From a virus: a stretch of DNA of 16,495 nt. The position numbers and the translations under genes were made by a program. Position 1 is the stretch's first letter. Each line of letters starts with the position of its first letter. The stretch lies in UHGV virus genome UHGV-0357595; one strand, 5' to 3'. Shown in pieces: positions 14,255 to 16,495 of the stretch. The notes below the pieces were generated by a model. It saw nothing but the letters and a program-made list of their open reading frames with translations, did no database searches and was not told where the DNA came from.

Positions 14255-15623
14255 TCCGGCTTTACGTAGTTTCTGGACTACGCGGGCACGTAACAAAGTG
14301 CTTTATGGTGGCCGGTCATCGTCAAAATCATGGGATGCCGCTGGCATTGCCATATTTCTGTCGAATAAATACACCCTGCGTTTTTGTTGTGCCCGTCAGA
14401 TCCAGAATAAAATCGAAGAGTCGGTGTATACCCTGCTCAAAATTCAGATAGACAGGTTTGGCCTGCGGCACCGTTTCCGGATTCTGAACAACAAAATCAT
14501 TAACCGGGTTACTGGCTCGGAATTTGTTTTTTATGGATTATGGCGCAACATCGAAGAAATTAAGTCTCTGGAGGGGATCGACGTGTTGTGGCTGGAAGAA
14601 GCCCACGCACTGACTGAATACCAGTGGAAAATTCTGGAGCCAACGATCCGTAAAGAGGGTTCGGAATGCTGGTTCATATTCAACCCCGGACTTGTTACTG
14701 ATTTCGTCTGGCGTAACTTCGTTGTTGATCCGCCTGAAGGCACTCTCATCCGCAAAATTAACTATGACGAAAATCCGTTTCTGTCTGACACCATGCTTAA
14801 GGTTATCGACGCGGCGCGACGCCGTGATCCGGATGGTTTTAAACATGTGTATGAGGGCGTTCCGGAGTCTGATGATGATGCGGCAATCATCAAACTGTCC
14901 TGGATAGAAGCCGCAGTGGATGCGCACAAAACGTTAAATTTCGAACCCAGTGGAAGAAAGCGTATTGGCTTTGACGTGGCTGACAGTGGTACAGATAAGT
15001 GCGCTAACGTTTACCGTCACGGTTCCGTTGTTTTCTGGGCCGACGAATGGAAGGCCAAAGAAGATGAATTACTGAAGAGCTGTCAGCGTACTTATCAGTC
15101 GGCGCTGGAGCGTGAAGCAGATATTGTTTACGACTCTATCGGTGTTGGTGCGTCTGCCGGTGCTAAATTCTCTGAAATTAACGCTGACCGGAAGAGCGAG
15201 AATGCATACGCGCGACGTGTGAATTACCAGAGGTTTAACGCCGGCGCTGGTGTGCATGAACCAGATGACGAATACAACGGCATCCCCAACAAAGACTTTT
15301 TCGCAAATCTTAAGGCTCAGGCATGGTGGCTGGTGGCTGACCGTTTCAGAAATACGTTTAACGCCATTAACAACGGAGAACAGCATCCTGTGGATGAGCT
15401 GATCAGCATAGATTCTCGTTGTCCGTTGCTTGAAAAGCTGAAACTGGAACTGACAACACCTCATCGTGATTTCGACCGTAACGGACGTGTGATGGTCGAA
15501 AGTAAAAAAGACCTCGCAAAACGCGAGATACCGTCACCAAACGTTGCTGACGCATTCATTATGGCCTTCGCGCCAATTGATACATCGCTGGATATCTGGG
15601 AACAGCTGGGGAGACAGGCCTGA
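14220..15623 (+). CDS. terminase large subunit
   Basis: Walker A-like YGGRSSSKS near the N-terminus; acidic ATPase and nuclease motifs; track ORF is 14112-15623 but the start is probably one of the ATGs at 14193-14220 overlapping the end of the small subunit gene; start is uncertain. Confidence 0.8.
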   Translation: MTSILTSKPTLNPALRSFWTTRARNKVLYGGRSSSKSWDAAGIAIFLSNKYTLRFCCARQIQNKIEESVYTLLKIQIDRFGLRHRFRILNNKIINRVTGSEFVFYGLWRNIEEIKSLEGIDVLWLEEAHALTEYQWKILEPTIRKEGSECWFIFNPGLVTDFVWRNFVVDPPEGTLIRKINYDENPFLSDTMLKVIDAARRRDPDGFKHVYEGVPESDDDAAIIKLSWIEAAVDAHKTLNFEPSGRKRIGFDVADSGTDKCANVYRHGSVVFWADEWKAKEDELLKSCQRTYQSALEREADIVYDSIGVGASAGAKFSEINADRKSENAYARRVNYQRFNAGAGVHEPDDEYNGIPNKDFFANLKAQAWWLVADRFRNTFNAINNGEQHPVDELISIDSRCPLLEKLKLELTTPHRDFDRNGRVMVESKKDLAKREIPSPNVADAFIMAFAPIDTSLDIWEQLGRQA

Positions 15624-16495
15624 TGGCACGAAACAAGCAAGCCCTGCGAAGAACTGCGCAGGCCACAGCTGATGGTTATGAGAATTTTATTGCCCGCGTA
15701 GGGATGCAGACACCTAACCAGCACTCAGCATCCACCTACCGGGCTAATTTCACCAGTCGTAACCGCATGCTGGTGGAATGGTCCTATCGTTCGTCCTGGA
15801 TTATCGGCGAAGCGGTCGATGCTATCCCGGATGATATGACCCGCAAAGGCATTCGCATCACTTCGGAAATTGATGCAAAAGATCGTGGCATTCTCGAATC
15901 ACAACTGGATGAGTTGCAAATCTGGGATGCGCTGAATGACGTGCTGAAATGGTCGCGCCTCTATGGCGGCGCGGTGGGTTTCATCATGATTGAGGGGCAG
16001 GCACCAATGACCCCGCTGCGGCTCGAAACCATTGGAGAAGGCAAGTTTAAGGGCATTCTCCCGCTCGACCGCTGGATGATTAACCCGGTGCTGACCCGCC
16101 GTATTAAAGATATGGGGCCGGATCTCGGAAAACCTGAGTTTTACGACGTGGTGACCACTGCAACAGGCATTCCGTCCTGGCGCATCCATCACAGCCGCCT
16201 GATTCGCTTCGACGGGGTGACGCTACCATTCCAGCAGAAGATGACCGAAAACGAATGGGGAATGTCGGTTGTAGAGCGTATCTGGGATCGGCTTACTGCG
16301 TTCGACAGCGCCACTGTCGGCGCGGCGCAGCTGGTCTACAAGGCGCATCTGCGCACCTACAGCGTGGAGAAGCTACGCGAGCTTATCGCACTTGGTGGTC
16401 CTGCGTATGAAGCGTTGCTGAAGAATATCGACCTGATTCGACAGTTCCAGAGCAATGAAGGCATGACGCTCATGGACTCGCGGGATAAGTTTGAA
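15623..16495 (+). CDS. portal protein (putative), 5' part only; continues beyond the window
   Basis: ATG at 15623 overlapping the terminase stop (ATGA); 291 codons open with no stop to the window end; position after the large terminase. Confidence 0.6.
   Translation, partial: MARNKQALRRTAQATADGYENFIARVGMQTPNQHSASTYRANFTSRNRMLVEWSYRSSWIIGEAVDAIPDDMTRKGIRITSEIDAKDRGILESQLDELQIWDALNDVLKWSRLYGGAVGFIMIEGQAPMTPLRLETIGEGKFKGILPLDRWMINPVLTRRIKDMGPDLGKPEFYDVVTTATGIPSWRIHHSRLIRFDGVTLPFQQKMTENEWGMSVVERIWDRLTAFDSATVGAAQLVYKAHLRTYSVEKLRELIALGGPAYEALLKNIDLIRQFQSNEGMTLMDSRDKFE

Noticed and set aside
14531-15724. Minus-strand ORFs antisense to the large terminase gene (14531-14755, 14538-14927, 15069-15464, 15461-15724)
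   Set aside because: They overlap a long ORF carrying clear terminase motifs and have no start signals; treated as antisense frame artefacts.
15899-16192. Minus-strand 97-aa ORF inside the portal gene
   Set aside because: Lies within the uninterrupted 291-codon portal frame, which is translationally coupled to the terminase; no independent support.
1-16495. CRISPR arrays, insertion sequences, integrase or attachment sites
   Set aside because: No regularly spaced direct repeats with unique spacers, no transposase- or integrase-like ORFs and no terminal inverted repeats were seen. The window appears to be internal to the prophage.

Overview
This window reads as a contiguous segment of a lambdoid (Rac/lambda-like) prophage from an enterobacterium, running left to right in phage gene order. 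It holds: (1) an immunity region with a minus-strand HTH repressor lacking a LexA-type peptidase domain, a divergent Cro-like gene and palindromic operators; (2) a replication module with a triplicated 21-bp palindrome, an initiator-like gene and a DnaC-like helicase loader; (3) a gene interrupted by an in-frame amber codon; (4) a roughly 3 kb AT-rich accessory island carrying a convergent two-gene module (a 192-aa protein with a PD-(D/E)xK-like motif and a 365-aa partner) next to a hok/sok-type type I toxin-antitoxin locus; (5) nin-like genes and a Q-like antiterminator followed by a PR'-like promoter and terminator; (6) late-region morons (an ORF6N-domain protein and an AT-rich membrane protein, each followed by a terminator); (7) a lysis cassette (holin with dual-start motif, lambda R-like endolysin, Rz/Rz1 spanins); and (8) packaging genes (small and large terminase, start of a portal gene running off the window). 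The best candidate for an undescribed or poorly characterised system is the convergent gene pair in the AT-rich island at 5567-7202. All family assignments come from reading the translations and from recalled family signatures; no database search was possible.
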